Positions 8,630 to 9,182 of a stretch of DNA of 9,182 bases are shown here, piece after piece. The notes below the pieces were generated by a model. It had not been told where the DNA came from, ran no database searches, and saw only the letters and a list, made by a program, of their open reading frames with translations. This DNA comes from Paraspadella gotoi. Lineage: Eukaryota; Animalia; Chaetognatha. The stretch is from assembly GCA_051294375.1 (NCBI GenBank), contig CM119269.1, forward strand, positions 7,127,870-7,137,051, read 5' to 3'. Position 1 is the stretch's first letter. Each line of letters begins with the position of its first letter. The position numbers were made by a program, and so were the translations under genes.

Positions 8630-8785
8630 NNNNNNNNNNNNNNNNNNNNNNNNNNNNNNNNNNNNNNNNNNNNNNNNNNNNNNNNNNNNNNNNNNNNNNN
8701 NNNNNNNNNNNNNNNNNNNNNNNNNNNNNNNNNNNNNNNNNNNNNNNNNNNNNNNNNNNNNNNNNNNNNNNNNNNNNNNNNNNNN
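8630..8785. other. Assembly gap (156 N)
   Basis: Run of N. Confidence 1.
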
Positions 8786-9182
8786 AAAGGAAAGGAAAAA
8801 GTATGTAACGAAAGAGTCGAAAAATCGGAGTAAGTAAGAAGAGAGAGCAGGAGAGGAAGGAAAGAAAATCGGTGGCAGTGAAGAAAACGACGTGAGAGAA
8901 CTTGGGGATGGGAAAACAACGAGGCGTGACTTTTTATCTCAATTTTTTGTCTGTCTCTCTCCGCTTGTCAGTATCGCTATCAGTGAACACTAAGTTTAAT
9001 TTAAAAGGATAAGAGATTAAAATTTGTTACAGAAAAAGGTTCTATCGTCTAAATCACGTATTTTCGAAGGATTCGTCGAGGCCAAATCGCGAAGAGGAAT
9101 TAACTAAATCCGTCAAAGACTATAACTTATAGTATAATATAATACAAATTACAAATTATTACAAAACCTTAATAAAATTTCT

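Noticed and set aside
6118-8919. ORFs containing X runs, and F/L/S-rich ORFs at 6591-7225
   Set aside because: Open only because of N-gaps or pyrimidine bias.

Overview
Draft-assembly eukaryotic (probably animal) genomic DNA, mostly intronic or intergenic. It is dominated by (CT)n/(GA)n, GAAA and AAAT simple repeats and has six N-gaps totalling 909 nt. I recognise no protein family, RNA gene, CRISPR array or autonomous transposon. Almost every supplied ORF is a translation of microsatellite (RE/SL/FL-rich) or runs through Ns. The structure I can support is as follows. (i) A ~1.0-1.1 kb direct duplication (3855-4943 vs 5282-6282) whose differences are mostly 1-2 nt indels, more like noisy long-read gap filling than biology. 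(ii) A 13-bp telomere-like minisatellite at 2934-3121. (iii) 43-bp and 41-bp minisatellites at 7935-8052 and ~8208-8520. (iv) A perfect 17-bp-arm palindrome at 2135-2169 next to a GC hairpin and TATA-like box. (v) A canonical G4 motif. (vi) A few short, unique, exon-like islands with splice-signal matches. I found no convincing evidence of a novel biological system.
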